Shown piece by piece: positions 1-8,814 of a stretch of DNA of 12,100 bases. Origin of the DNA: Candidatus Methylomirabilis sp. (GTDB taxonomy: Bacteria; Methylomirabilota; Methylomirabilia; Methylomirabilales; Methylomirabilaceae); NCBI GenBank assembly GCA_041498975.1, contig JBGQJI010000071.1:1-12100 (forward strand), written 5' to 3'. The translations under genes were made by a program, and so were the position numbers. Positions within the stretch are counted from its first letter, which is position 1; each line of letters begins with the position of its first letter. The notes under the pieces are model-generated. The model searched no databases. It saw nothing but the letters and a program-made list of their open reading frames with translations, and was not told where the DNA came from.

Positions 1-1
1 C

Positions 2-355
2 CTGGGCAAGCTCTCGCACATCGTGCTTATTGCGATCCCACTGCTCCTCCAGGTCTACTTCAACTCGGGGTTGGCGTACGGGTTGGCGCGGTGGCTCCGC
101 GTGCCGCACTCGGTCGCCGCGCCGGGCGCGCTGATCGGCGCCAGCAACTTTTTCGAGCTGGCTGTCGCCACGGCCATCTCCCTCTTTGGCCTCACCTCCG
201 GGGCGACACTCGCCACTGTGGTTGGCGTCCTCGTCGAGGTGCCGGTGATGCTCTCCGTCTGCTCGGTCTGTAATCGCACACGCCACTGGTTTGCGGAGCC
301 CGTGTCGGTCCCGGTCGTCGAAGCGGCCCGGCGGCCAATCGGCGGACGGGCCTGA
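2..355 (+). CDS. acr3: Acr3-family arsenite efflux transporter, C-terminal part (runs off left edge)
   Basis: Open frame from the window edge to TGA at 353-355. Carries typical Acr3 C-terminal motifs [26 protein letters not shown] and [11 protein letters not shown]. Adjacent to arsC. Confidence 0.95.
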   Translation: MGKLSHIVLIAIPLLLQVYFNSGLAYGLARWLRVPHSVAAPGALIGASNFFELAVATAISLFGLTSGATLATVVGVLVEVPVMLSVCSVCNRTRHWFAEPVSVPVVEAARRPIGGRA

Positions 356-451
356 CCATGTTCAGCGGGATCTCTGCTTCGCTATGCTGTGGATCTCTTC
401 CAGATGCTTTCCAGCGATCTACGGTGAGCGTCCCACGCTGAGAGGGCCTAC

Positions 452-883
452 ATGACCAAACCGCGAGTCCTGTTTCTTTGCACGCACAACTCTGCCCGGA
501 GTCAGATGGCGGAGGGGTTCCTTCGCGCCATCGCCGGAGATCGCTTCGAGGTGGCAAGCGCCGGTACAGAGGCCACGCGCGTCCACCTGCTGGCGATCCG
601 GGCTATGGCGGAGGTCGGGATCGATCTGAGCGGGCACACCTCCAAAACCATCGACGTGGTCGTCGATCAGCCGTGGGACTACGTGATCACGGTGTGCGAC
701 AGCGCCAACCAGCGCTGTCCGATTTTTCCGGGGCGGACGAGGCGTCTCCACTGGCACTTCGACGATCCCTCCCAGGCCACCGGAACAGAGGAAAACCGCC
801 TGGAGACCTTCCGGCGCATCCGCAACGAGATCCACGCGTGCCTGCGCCAATGGCTCGAAAATCAGGAGGAATCCGCCCTGTAG
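452..883 (+). CDS. arsC: Arsenate reductase, LMW-PTP fold, thioredoxin-coupled type
   Basis: P-loop LFLCTHNSARSQMAEG (CX5R), resolving cysteine pair ITVCDSANQRCPIFPG and HWHFDDP. RBS-like GAGAGGG upstream. Follows acr3. Confidence 0.93.
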   Translation: MTKPRVLFLCTHNSARSQMAEGFLRAIAGDRFEVASAGTEATRVHLLAIRAMAEVGIDLSGHTSKTIDVVVDQPWDYVITVCDSANQRCPIFPGRTRRLHWHFDDPSQATGTEENRLETFRRIRNEIHACLRQWLENQEESAL

Positions 884-1049
884 CAGGTCCTCGCTGAATC
901 CTGCTCCGCTCCTGCTCCGATTGCTGACGCTTCTGCCCGCCACTGGCTTGATTGGCCCAACCCGCTCATCCGGGCTGCACTCGCGAAACACACTTGAGTA
1001 CTCTGTGAGCGACTCGCCTCCGCTCTATTACTCCCTCCCCTGCTAGCGA

Positions 1050-1104
1050 ATTTACACATCTGCAACATCAGCTTAAACCCTTCGTCACATCCTCCCGGTA
1101 TTCT
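1050..1104 (+). promoter_or_regulatory. Putative Pho-box promoter (four degenerate repeats at 11-bp period plus -10)
   Basis: ATTTACA (1050), TGCAACA (1061), CTTAAAC (1072), CGTCACA (1083), then TATTCT at 1099-1104. Same layout and same last heptamer (CGTCACA) as the pstS promoter. Confidence 0.65.
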
Positions 1105-1165
1105 CCGATTGGCAGGAAGAACCTACTGACACGATGTCAGGGGCGCAGACGAAAGAGGGTGCACC

Positions 1166-1486
1166 ATGATCGATGGAGGGGCTGAGAAACTCGAGCAGGA
1201 GTTCCTGGGCTATCTGCTGATTCGCCACTGCACAACGCCGGCGGAATTCGCCGCCAGGTTTCATCTCTCCGACAGATCGGCCGCCTACTGGTTGGGCTGC
1301 CTGGTGAAGTCGGGAAGGGTGAGAATTGGCAGGATTCAACACGGGCCAGCCGATACGCCCGCTAACCCACACGCAGGCCGCGATGCACCGACGCAAGAGG
1401 AGGACGATGACTCACTTCAGGCAGTTCTGGAGGTCTCGGCCGCATTCAGCCCATTCGAGAGAGTCACGCATGAGGGGCGCAATTGA
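1166..1486 (+). CDS. Hypothetical protein with probable winged helix-turn-helix N-terminal domain and acidic tail
   Basis: RBS-like GAGGG before the ATG. EQEFLGYL...TTPAEFAARFHLSDRSAAYWLGCLVKSGRVRI fits a helix / HTH / 'L...G.V' wing pattern. Confidence 0.65.
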   Translation: MIDGGAEKLEQEFLGYLLIRHCTTPAEFAARFHLSDRSAAYWLGCLVKSGRVRIGRIQHGPADTPANPHAGRDAPTQEEDDDSLQAVLEVSAAFSPFERVTHEGRN

Positions 1487-1559
1487 GGCTCGTGAATATC
1501 GACCCTTCGCGCGTTGACAGGAAACGCGTTTCACAACAGGGCTCTTCGAGGAGGATTGA

Positions 1560-1778
1560 TTGTTGATTACGCTCAAAGTGGACATCGGTTCCTACAACCG
1601 TGTTGTCACCGGAAGTCGGGTCAAAAGGGGCGAGCTGCTTGGTCTCTCACCGCATTTTGACGACCAAGTGGTCTTGAGCCCCATTGACGGAATCATCGAA
1701 CGGATCAAGCAGGACCGAGAGGAGCAGGCGGTGCTCATCAGCATCAGGAGGCAGCGGTTCCAACCGCAGGCAGCGTAG
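1560..1778 (+). CDS. Small stand-alone barrel-sandwich-hybrid (biotinyl/lipoyl-like, RnfC_N-like) domain protein
   Basis: Strong RBS GAGGAGG (1548-1554) before TTG (1560 or 1563). Pattern VVTGSRVKRGELLG...VVLSPIDGIIERI matches V..G..V..G..L / V.SP..G.I..I. No MKM/DKA lysine. Confidence 0.65.
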   Translation: MLITLKVDIGSYNRVVTGSRVKRGELLGLSPHFDDQVVLSPIDGIIERIKQDREEQAVLISIRRQRFQPQAA

Positions 1779-1800
1779 TCGTAGCAAGGAGGGGGGAAAC

Positions 1801-2160
1801 ATGAAATACCGGATCAAAGAGTTTAGGGATAACGTAATCATCAAGCTCGAGGGAAGGGCGCGGGAGGACGAGGCGGCCAGGGCGCGAAGGGCCCTATCGG
1901 TGTTTCTCCGGCGCCCCCGCGTGAAAGCCATCCTTTACCTGGCCGGGCTCAGTGAGCTCGGCACTGCCGAGCTGGGGGTCTTGGAGGCGATCCGCCGAGA
2001 GGTAAAGATGCAGGCCGGGACGCTACGACTGTGCGCCGTTCGACACGACATTCGCTCGCAGTTCGATCGAAATCCTTTCCTGCAAGTCTACGAATTGTAC
2101 CACGACCTCGAGAGCAGCCTCTCGGGGATGCCGGACCTGCCGCTGAAGCGGTCAGCCTAA
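1801..2160 (+). CDS. STAS-domain (anti-sigma-factor-antagonist-like) protein, degenerate
   Basis: RBS AAGGAGG upstream of ATG 1801, preferred over the ORF-track start at 1684. 119 aa with VIIKLEGR, AILYLAGLSELGTAELGVL, GTLRLCAV and YELYHDLESSL, aligning by eye to the SpoIIAA/RsbV pattern. Confidence 0.75.
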   Translation: MKYRIKEFRDNVIIKLEGRAREDEAARARRALSVFLRRPRVKAILYLAGLSELGTAELGVLEAIRREVKMQAGTLRLCAVRHDIRSQFDRNPFLQVYELYHDLESSLSGMPDLPLKRSA

Positions 2161-2225
2161 CCGCGTAATCCTGTCCCGAGTCAGAACCCGCGGAGATCGA
2201 TTCTCCACACTTGAAAGGAGGAGAT

Positions 2226-3620
2226 ATGGCGATCAGAAGTCGCTCTCTCTGCACTCTTATGTTGGCTCTCCACCTGCTTACGCCCGCCGTTGCGTCGGCG
2301 GACAAGCTTGAGGACCTCGAGCGCGCGCTTCAGACGCAGCAGAAGGCAATCGAGTTGCAGCAATCGCAGATGCGACAGATGCAGGAGGAGCTCAACAAGC
2401 TGAGGCAAGAGCGGGCCGCACAGCAGGAGGAAGTGACGAAGCGCGTCGTCGAAGCCGAGAAGAAGGCCGAGGCGGCGAAGCTGCCCTTCAACGCCGGCTA
2501 TAAGGATGGGTTTTACCTGAAGTCCGATGACGATCGGTTCCGGCTAAACCTGACCGGGTACATGCAGAACTGGCTCATGCTCGAGGCGGGAGACCGCCAG
2601 CAGAACAACACCTTCCGGGTCCGGCGCGCGCGCTTCACCCTGAATGGCACAGTGTTCAGCGACTTCGGCTTCCAATTCGAAACGGAATTCGCCGGGGCCG
2701 CCCGCATGGAAGAGTGGTGGGCCAGCTACAAGCGGTTTCCCGAGGCGACCCTCATCGTGGGGCAGCACAAACCCCGGTACAGCCTCGAGAACCTCACCAG
2801 CTCCAGGGACCTCGATTTCGCCGAGCGGGCGATCATCGTCCGGACCCTGGCCCCCGATCAACAGCTAGGCATCACCTTGCAGGGACAGCTTTTCAATAAC
2901 ATGTTCTCCTATGCGGCCGGGGTGTACAACGGCTGCGGCCGGATCGACCAGTGCCCCGGGGGCATCGACACCGATAATGACAAGGAGATCACGGGCCGGG
3001 TGACCGTCACGCCGATCCCCCAACTCACGGTCGGGGCGGACGTCGATTTCCGGACCTTTAAGAAAGGCCCGGGAGGGAACGTCGCGACCGATGGGAACGG
3101 GGCCACGGTGAATAACGCCCTGAACAGCTTCCTCTTCAATCCGACCACCGAGACCGGGTTCAAGCTGGCCGGCGCGGGCTTCCCGATCAAGGGGAACCGG
3201 GTGGCGACCAGCGGCGACCTCGTCCTCGATCTCTACCCCTTCCTGCTGAAAGGCGAGTACCACTACGCGGAGCAGGAACGGACCGGGCAGGGGGCCGGCG
3301 GCACGAACCTCCCCGATCTCCGGATTCAGGGGGCCTACGCCGAACTGGGGTACTGGCTGTTCGGCAAGAAGCCGGAGGGGCTCCTGGCGCTCGCCCGCTA
3401 CGAGTATTTCCGGGCGGACGCCGAGACCCTGAAGAGCAGCGAGCGGCCGGCCAATGTCAATTCGGGGCTCCTCGGCCTCAACTGGTACCTCAATCGATTC
3501 GTGCGCCTTCGGGCCAACTATATCGCCACGCAAATCGACCCAGCTCAGAATACCAATCGTCGCGGGGGAGGCGGCGGCATTGCCAATGAGGGGATTCTCG
3601 AGGTCCAGGTCGGGTTTTAA
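2226..3620 (+). CDS. OprO/OprP-family phosphate-selective outer-membrane porin with N-terminal coiled coil
   Basis: RBS AAAGGAGG before ATG 2226. Signal peptide ending ASA, Q/E-rich coiled coil, GYKDGFYLKSDD, FRVRRARF, GQHKPRYSLENLTSS, GLNWYLN and C-terminal Phe (VQVGF). Lies directly upstream of pstS. Confidence 0.88.
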   Translation: MAIRSRSLCTLMLALHLLTPAVASADKLEDLERALQTQQKAIELQQSQMRQMQEELNKLRQERAAQQEEVTKRVVEAEKKAEAAKLPFNAGYKDGFYLKSDDDRFRLNLTGYMQNWLMLEAGDRQQNNTFRVRRARFTLNGTVFSDFGFQFETEFAGAARMEEWWASYKRFPEATLIVGQHKPRYSLENLTSSRDLDFAERAIIVRTLAPDQQLGITLQGQLFNNMFSYAAGVYNGCGRIDQCPGGIDTDNDKEITGRVTVTPIPQLTVGADVDFRTFKKGPGGNVATDGNGATVNNALNSFLFNPTTETGFKLAGAGFPIKGNRVATSGDLVLDLYPFLLKGEYHYAEQERTGQGAGGTNLPDLRIQGAYAELGYWLFGKKPEGLLALARYEYFRADAETLKSSERPANVNSGLLGLNWYLNRFVRLRANYIATQIDPAQNTNRRGGGGGIANEGILEVQVGF

Positions 3621-3645
3621 GAAGAGTTCGCGGCTCTTCCGCGAG

Positions 3646-3742
3646 TTGAGATTCCCACCCGGAAGGCTCATCGCCGTCTCTGATGGGAATAGCCCCCGCC
3701 GAGCAGGGCGGCGATGAGTTGATCCGGGGCAGCAATCTCCAA
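3646..3742. repeat. Long imperfect inverted repeat / stem-loop in the porin-pstS intergenic region
   Basis: Nested pairings GAGATT 3648-53 / AATCTC 3734-39, CCCGGA 3658-63 / TCCGGG 3723-28 and CTCATCGCCG 3667-76 / CGGCGATGAG 3709-18. Confidence 0.6.
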
Positions 3743-3795
3743 GACGCAAGGCGGCGTGAGGAACATCGGAAGCAAGGTCAAAGTCCCATGAGAAA

Positions 3796-3851
3796 TGTAA
3801 CACACTTGTAACACTAATGTAACGCGAACGTCACAATCCACCTGATACAGT
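3796..3851 (+). promoter_or_regulatory. Pho-box promoter of pstS (four direct repeats at 11-bp period, extended -10)
   Basis: TGTAACA (3796), TGTAACA (3807), TGTAACG (3818), CGTCACA (3829), then exactly 10 bp to TACAGT (3846-3851) preceded by TGn. RBS GGAGG at 3861-3865. Confidence 0.85.
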
Positions 3852-3871
3852 TAACAAAACGGAGGTCAAGA

Positions 3872-4891
3872 ATGATGACACAGAAGAACGGCAAGCGGAG
3901 AGGAAACGGTCACGGGTTTGCTTTTTCGCTGCTTCTTGCAGCAACGGTCGTTCCAATCTCACTCTGGTCGGCCCTCGTCCTGGCCGATGTCCTGAAAGTG
4001 GACGCGACGCTCCCGAGCTACAAAGCGGTTAGCGGGGTCTCCGGGAACCTCTCGAGCGTTGGATCGGACACGCTGAACAACCTCATGACGCTCTGGGCCG
4101 AAACGCTCAACAAGTTCTATCCCAATGTGAAGATCCAGATCGAAGGAAAGGGCTCAAGCACGGCCCCTCCCGCTCTCATCGCCGGGACGGCCCAGCTCGG
4201 CCCCATGTCCCGCTCCATGAAAGGTACCGAGATCGACGCCTTTGAGAAGAAGTTCGGGTACAAGCCCACCGCCATCAGGACGGCCGTGGACGCGCTGGCG
4301 GTGTTCGTCAATAAGGATAACCCGATCACATGTCTGACCATGGAACAAGTGGACGCGATATTCTCCAAGTCCAGGCGCTACGGGTACAAGGAAGACATCA
4401 AGACCTGGGGGCAGCTCGGCCTCAGTGGGGACTGGGCTGGCCGGCCAATCAGCCTCTTCGGCCGGAACTCGGCCTCCGGCACCTACGGTTTCTTTAAGGA
4501 GCATGCGCTGAAGAACGGCGACTACAAGGACGAAGTGAAGGAACAGCCCGGTTCTGCGTCCGTCGTCCAGGGTGTGACGGTGGATCGCTACGCCATCGGT
4601 TACAGCGGCATCGGCTATAGCACAGCCGGGGTCCGGCCGGTGCCTGTGGCTGAGAAGGCCGGAGCGGCTTGCGTCGAAGCGACGGCCGACAACGCCTACG
4701 CTGGAAAGTACCCATTGTCACGCTTCCTCTTCATCTACGTCAACAAAGCCCCGGGAAAGCCCCTCGATCCTCTGACCCGCGAGTTCGTCAAGCTCGTCCT
4801 CTCCAAGGCGGGGCAGGAAGTCGTGATCAAAGATGGATTCTTCCCGATTCCGAACTCCGTCGCGAAAGACGAGCTGGGCAAGCTTCTTTAA
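3872..4891 (+). CDS. pstS: Phosphate ABC transporter substrate-binding protein
   Basis: Signal peptide, then [36 protein letters not shown] and [13 protein letters not shown] (Pseudomonas-type PstS). Confidence 0.96.
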   Translation: MMTQKNGKRRGNGHGFAFSLLLAATVVPISLWSALVLADVLKVDATLPSYKAVSGVSGNLSSVGSDTLNNLMTLWAETLNKFYPNVKIQIEGKGSSTAPPALIAGTAQLGPMSRSMKGTEIDAFEKKFGYKPTAIRTAVDALAVFVNKDNPITCLTMEQVDAIFSKSRRYGYKEDIKTWGQLGLSGDWAGRPISLFGRNSASGTYGFFKEHALKNGDYKDEVKEQPGSASVVQGVTVDRYAIGYSGIGYSTAGVRPVPVAEKAGAACVEATADNAYAGKYPLSRFLFIYVNKAPGKPLDPLTREFVKLVLSKAGQEVVIKDGFFPIPNSVAKDELGKLL

Positions 4892-4910
4892 CGGATCATC
4901 GGAGCCAGAT

Positions 4911-7181
4911 GTGGCCGACACAACCACGGTCTTGAAGGCGGGCGGGCCGTCTCCGGCGGCTCGCCCGATCGTTCTTTCTCAGGAGCGGACCGGGCGCCGG
5001 TTGTTGGTCGATCGGTTGGCGACCCGCTTTGTCACGTTGGGCGGGGCGGCGATTATCATCTCCATCCTAGCCATTCTCGTCGTCATCGCCGCCGAGGTCT
5101 ATCCTCTGTTCAAGCCTACCACAGCGACGTCACTGGGAACCGTGGACGCAAGACTGGACTCGGCCCCGCTGGCAGTGGGAGTGGATGAATACCGTGAGAT
5201 CGCGTATCTGGTGACGGCCTCCGGAGTTCAATTCGTGTCAATCAAAGAGAGGATCGCGCAACCACCGATCCCCCTCAAGGGGCTCAACAGAGCTCGCGTC
5301 GTGGGAACATCGCCCTTGGGACGTGGTCCTTTCGCTCTGGGACTCTCGGATGGACGTGTGATCCCGGCGGAGGTCAGGTTCGCAGTCTCCTTCCCCAGGG
5401 GGAGGCGTCGAGTGGACGCTGAGGTAATCGTGGGAGACCCGATTACCGCCGATCCAGGTAAACACCCCATCACGCGGCTCGCTCATGTTTCAGCGCCGAG
5501 CGGGCCAATTACCGCAGCCGCCGTCGGCCCTAAAGACATCACCCTCTTGACAGTCAAAGAGAGGAAGGCGCTAATCGGCCCCTCGACCAAGGAGGAGTCG
5601 CGACAGCGTCTCTCCCTGCCGGTCGAAGGCGAAATCACGACCCTGGCTCTCGACGGCCGAGGTGAGAACCTGTTCATCGGCACCTCATTCGGCCAAGTCA
5701 GCAGGGTGGACCTTGGAGACCTGAGCGAACCGAAGTTCGCCGGGTCCGTCGCCGCCACAAGCCGACCGGGGATCGGTGTGAGCATGCTCGGTCTCCTCAT
5801 CGGCGACCGCACCCTTGTGGTGGGCGATGCGCTGGGCGGAGTCAGCTCCTGGCAACTCCTGCAAACCGCCCGGGGGGAGCGCCAACTGACCAAGATTTAC
5901 GACTTCTCACCCCACGCCGGGCCCGTTGTTGCGTTCGCCCCATCCAGGCGAGACAAGGGCTTCGTCACGGTTGATCCCTCGGGCACCACGCGCATCCACT
6001 ACGGAACCACCGGAAAAACCTTACTGACAATGAAGGCACAGGGAGAAAGCGCCAACGCGGCAGTCTTCGCCCCCAAGGCTGACGGGGTCATTACGGTTGA
6101 TGTGGCGGGACGCCTCTCACACTGGGCCGTGGAGAACTCCCACCCTGAGGTCACCTGGGGGAGCCTATTCGGCAAGGTCTGGTACGAGGGGTACCCCGCG
6201 CCGGCGTATGTCTGGCAGTCCACCGGAGGGACCGACGACTTTGAGGCGAAGCTCAGCCTCACTCCGCTCATCTTCGGAACCCTCAAGGGCACTTTCTACG
6301 CCCTCCTTTTCGCCATCCCGATGGCGATCTTCGGCGCTCTCTACACGTCTCAGTTCATGCATCCGACGCTCAAAGGATTCATGAAGCCGACCGTCGAGAT
6401 CATGGCCGCGCTCCCCAGCGTCGTCCTCGGCTTTCTAGCGGGGCTGTGGCTGGCGCCTATCTTCGAAAAGGTCCTTCCCGGCCTCTTCCTCATGCCGGTC
6501 GTGACTCCCTTGCTGATCCTGACCGCCGTCTATTGTTGGCGATTCGTTCCCATCGCCCTACGCAGACGAATCAGGCCCGGCACTGAGGTATTCCTGCTTA
6601 TCCCGATCGTGATCGGTGGCAGTTGGATCTCTTTTCAACTCGGTGGAGTGGTCGAGCGCCTGCTTCTCACTGGCGACTACCACGCCTGGCTTCTGAGTGC
6701 CCTCGGACTGGCCTACGATCAACGGAACTCGCTGGTCGTCGGCTTCGCCATGGGATTCGCCGTCATTCCGCTGATCTTTACCATCGCCGAAGATTCCCTC
6801 TCTAATGTCCCTCAGCATCTGGTTGCCGGCTCGCTCGCGCTTGGCGCTACTCGCTGGCAAACCGCCCTGAGGATCGTCCTTCCGACAGCAAGTCCCGGGA
6901 TCTTCTCGGCGATCATGATCGGCTTCGGCCGGGCCGTGGGTGAGACAATGATCGTCCTCATGGCCACGGGCAACACGCCGGTCATGGACTGGAGCATCTT
7001 CAACGGCTTCCGGGCCCTGTCGGCCAACATCGCCGTCGAGTTGCCCGAGGCCCCCGCCGGCGGTACGCTCTTCCGGGTTCTTTTCCTCGCTGCTCTCTTG
7101 CTCTTCACGATGACGTTCGTTGTGAACACGGTGGCCGAACTGGTGCGCCTCAAACTTCGACGGAGATACCGGTATCTATGA
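4911..7181 (+). CDS. pstC: Phosphate ABC transporter permease PstC, long form with periplasmic beta-propeller-like domain
   Basis: Likely GTG start at 4911 after GGAG (4901-4904). N-terminal TM helix, beta-rich repeats, KVWYEGY..P.YVWQST, KPTVEIMAALPSVVLGF, EAA-like GSLALGATRWQT and GRAVGETMIVLMATGN. Confidence 0.93.
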   Translation: MADTTTVLKAGGPSPAARPIVLSQERTGRRLLVDRLATRFVTLGGAAIIISILAILVVIAAEVYPLFKPTTATSLGTVDARLDSAPLAVGVDEYREIAYLVTASGVQFVSIKERIAQPPIPLKGLNRARVVGTSPLGRGPFALGLSDGRVIPAEVRFAVSFPRGRRRVDAEVIVGDPITADPGKHPITRLAHVSAPSGPITAAAVGPKDITLLTVKERKALIGPSTKEESRQRLSLPVEGEITTLALDGRGENLFIGTSFGQVSRVDLGDLSEPKFAGSVAATSRPGIGVSMLGLLIGDRTLVVGDALGGVSSWQLLQTARGERQLTKIYDFSPHAGPVVAFAPSRRDKGFVTVDPSGTTRIHYGTTGKTLLTMKAQGESANAAVFAPKADGVITVDVAGRLSHWAVENSHPEVTWGSLFGKVWYEGYPAPAYVWQSTGGTDDFEAKLSLTPLIFGTLKGTFYALLFAIPMAIFGALYTSQFMHPTLKGFMKPTVEIMAALPSVVLGFLAGLWLAPIFEKVLPGLFLMPVVTPLLILTAVYCWRFVPIALRRRIRPGTEVFLLIPIVIGGSWISFQLGGVVERLLLTGDYHAWLLSALGLAYDQRNSLVVGFAMGFAVIPLIFTIAEDSLSNVPQHLVAGSLALGATRWQTALRIVLPTASPGIFSAIMIGFGRAVGETMIVLMATGNTPVMDWSIFNGFRALSANIAVELPEAPAGGTLFRVLFLAALLLFTMTFVVNTVAELVRLKLRRRYRYL

Positions 7182-8797
7182 GGCGATTCTGGAAGAGCGG
7201 CGATCCGTTCATCTGGTTGACCGGCGGGGCACTGGCATTCAGCCTGGTTATGGTGGCCGGGCTCGTCTTCCTGGTGATGGTGAACGGACTCGGCTTCTTC
7301 TGGCCATCGCGCATTGCACGTCTAACCCTGACCGATGGCAAGCAACTGATAGGGCAGATAGTCGAGCGGGAGAAGATCCCGCAACCGGGGGCCCCCTCAG
7401 GGACTTCTGCGCGCTATCGGATTAAGGTCAAGGTCGGAAACCGCGACCTCTACGGCGCCGACTTTGTCTGGGTCGATGAGTCACAGATTGCCCGCCGCGA
7501 CTTCCCTGGAGAGGCTCTGCTGATCGAACGACAGGAGTGGGGAAACCTGTGCTGGTTCATCAAGGAGGTTCGGGACGGCGGCCGGGTGGTCGCCCAGGGA
7601 GCGGTGGATGGCTGGAAAGCCCTCCAGACCCATCTCCCGGAGGCAAAGTCTACGTTCAAGGGGATCAGGTGGATCGAGAAGGAAGAGATCGGAGCGATCA
7701 ATTATGCCCAGGAAAAGATCCGCCTCAGAATCAAGAAGCTCCCGCTCGGGGGTCAGGAGGGGGGTCCAGAGGTAGCGCGCCTCCAAAAGGAGCTGGAGAC
7801 CTGGGCCGCCAAGTATCGTGAGCAGGAAGAGAGGCTCGCCCTACTACGCCAGAGTTCCCGATACACCCTTGTTGTCTTGGCCGCCGGTGACAAGGAGAAG
7901 GAACTGCCGCTATCCCAGATCGTTCGAGCTTATCGGCCCAACAGCATGGGTCCCCTCGCGAAGAGTGGAATGTACCTGTCCAAGGTGTGGGAGTTCGTCG
8001 GGGGGGAGCCAAGGGAATCAAACACCGAAGGCGGTGTCTTCCCCGCGATCTACGGCACGATCATGATGGTGATGATGATGAGTCTCTTCGTCACTCCGTT
8101 TGGAGTGCTGGCGGCTTTCTACCTTCGAGAATACGCGAAACAAGGGCCGTTCGTCAGCGCGGTCAGGATCGCTGTCAACAACCTGGCGGGCGTCCCGTCC
8201 ATCGTCTTCGGCGTGTTCGGGGTCGGCTTCTTCATCTACCTCGTCGGAGGGAACATCGACCGGCTCTTCTACCCTGAGGCGCTCCCGGCACCGACCTTCG
8301 GGACCGGGGGCATCCTATGGGCATCATTGACCCTCGCCCTCATGACCGTTCCGGTGGTCATCGTGGCCACCGAGGAAGGCCTGGCGGCGATTCCTGGAGG
8401 GATGCGTGAGGCATCGCTCGCACTCGGGGCCACGAAGTTCGAGACGACCTGGCGGGTGGTGCTCCCCACCGTCATGCCCTCGATCCTGACAGGCCTCATC
8501 CTCGCCATGGCGCGGGCCGCCGGTGAGGTGGCCCCCTTGATGATCACCGGAGTAGTCAAGCTCGCCCCCGCGCTACCGATCGACAGCTTCTGGCCCTTCA
8601 TCCACTTGGAACGGAAGTTCATGCATCTCGGGTTTCATATCTACGATGTCGGCTTTCAGTCGCCCAACGTGGACGCCGCCAGACCGATGGTGTACACTAC
8701 CGCCCTGTTGCTGCTCCTGGTGGTGCTGGTTCTGAATCTGACAGCGGTTCTGATCAGGAACAGACTGCGAAAGAAATACGCCTTTTCGGTCTTCTGA
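7178..8797 (+). CDS. pstA: Phosphate ABC transporter permease PstA, long form
   Basis: ATGA overlap with the pstC stop. [46 protein letters not shown] and [10 protein letters not shown]. Confidence 0.95.
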   Translation: MRRFWKSGDPFIWLTGGALAFSLVMVAGLVFLVMVNGLGFFWPSRIARLTLTDGKQLIGQIVEREKIPQPGAPSGTSARYRIKVKVGNRDLYGADFVWVDESQIARRDFPGEALLIERQEWGNLCWFIKEVRDGGRVVAQGAVDGWKALQTHLPEAKSTFKGIRWIEKEEIGAINYAQEKIRLRIKKLPLGGQEGGPEVARLQKELETWAAKYREQEERLALLRQSSRYTLVVLAAGDKEKELPLSQIVRAYRPNSMGPLAKSGMYLSKVWEFVGGEPRESNTEGGVFPAIYGTIMMVMMMSLFVTPFGVLAAFYLREYAKQGPFVSAVRIAVNNLAGVPSIVFGVFGVGFFIYLVGGNIDRLFYPEALPAPTFGTGGILWASLTLALMTVPVVIVATEEGLAAIPGGMREASLALGATKFETTWRVVLPTVMPSILTGLILAMARAAGEVAPLMITGVVKLAPALPIDSFWPFIHLERKFMHLGFHIYDVGFQSPNVDAARPMVYTTALLLLLVVLVLNLTAVLIRNRLRKKYAFSVF

Positions 8798-8814
8798 GGC
8801 GCGGAGGGATTCGA

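Noticed and set aside
899..919. TCCTGCTCCG repeated at 11-bp period after arsC
   Set aside because: Two copies in pyrimidine-rich low-complexity sequence, unlike the Pho repeats; probably chance.
1684..1800. N-terminal extension of the STAS ORF
   Set aside because: Overlaps the 1560-1778 ORF, is low-complexity, and a strong RBS precedes ATG 1801.
2865..3803. 312-aa antisense ORF over the porin
   Set aside because: Antisense shadow of the porin CDS with no family features.
3872..3985. KRR in the PstS signal peptide as a Tat signal linked to nearby tatC
   Set aside because: KRRGNG does not fit the S/T-R-R-x-F-L-K consensus, and tatC is truncated.
4833..4910. Upstream ATG start for pstC from the ORF track
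   Set aside because: Overlaps pstS by ~60 nt; GTG 4911 with a GGAG RBS is more plausible.
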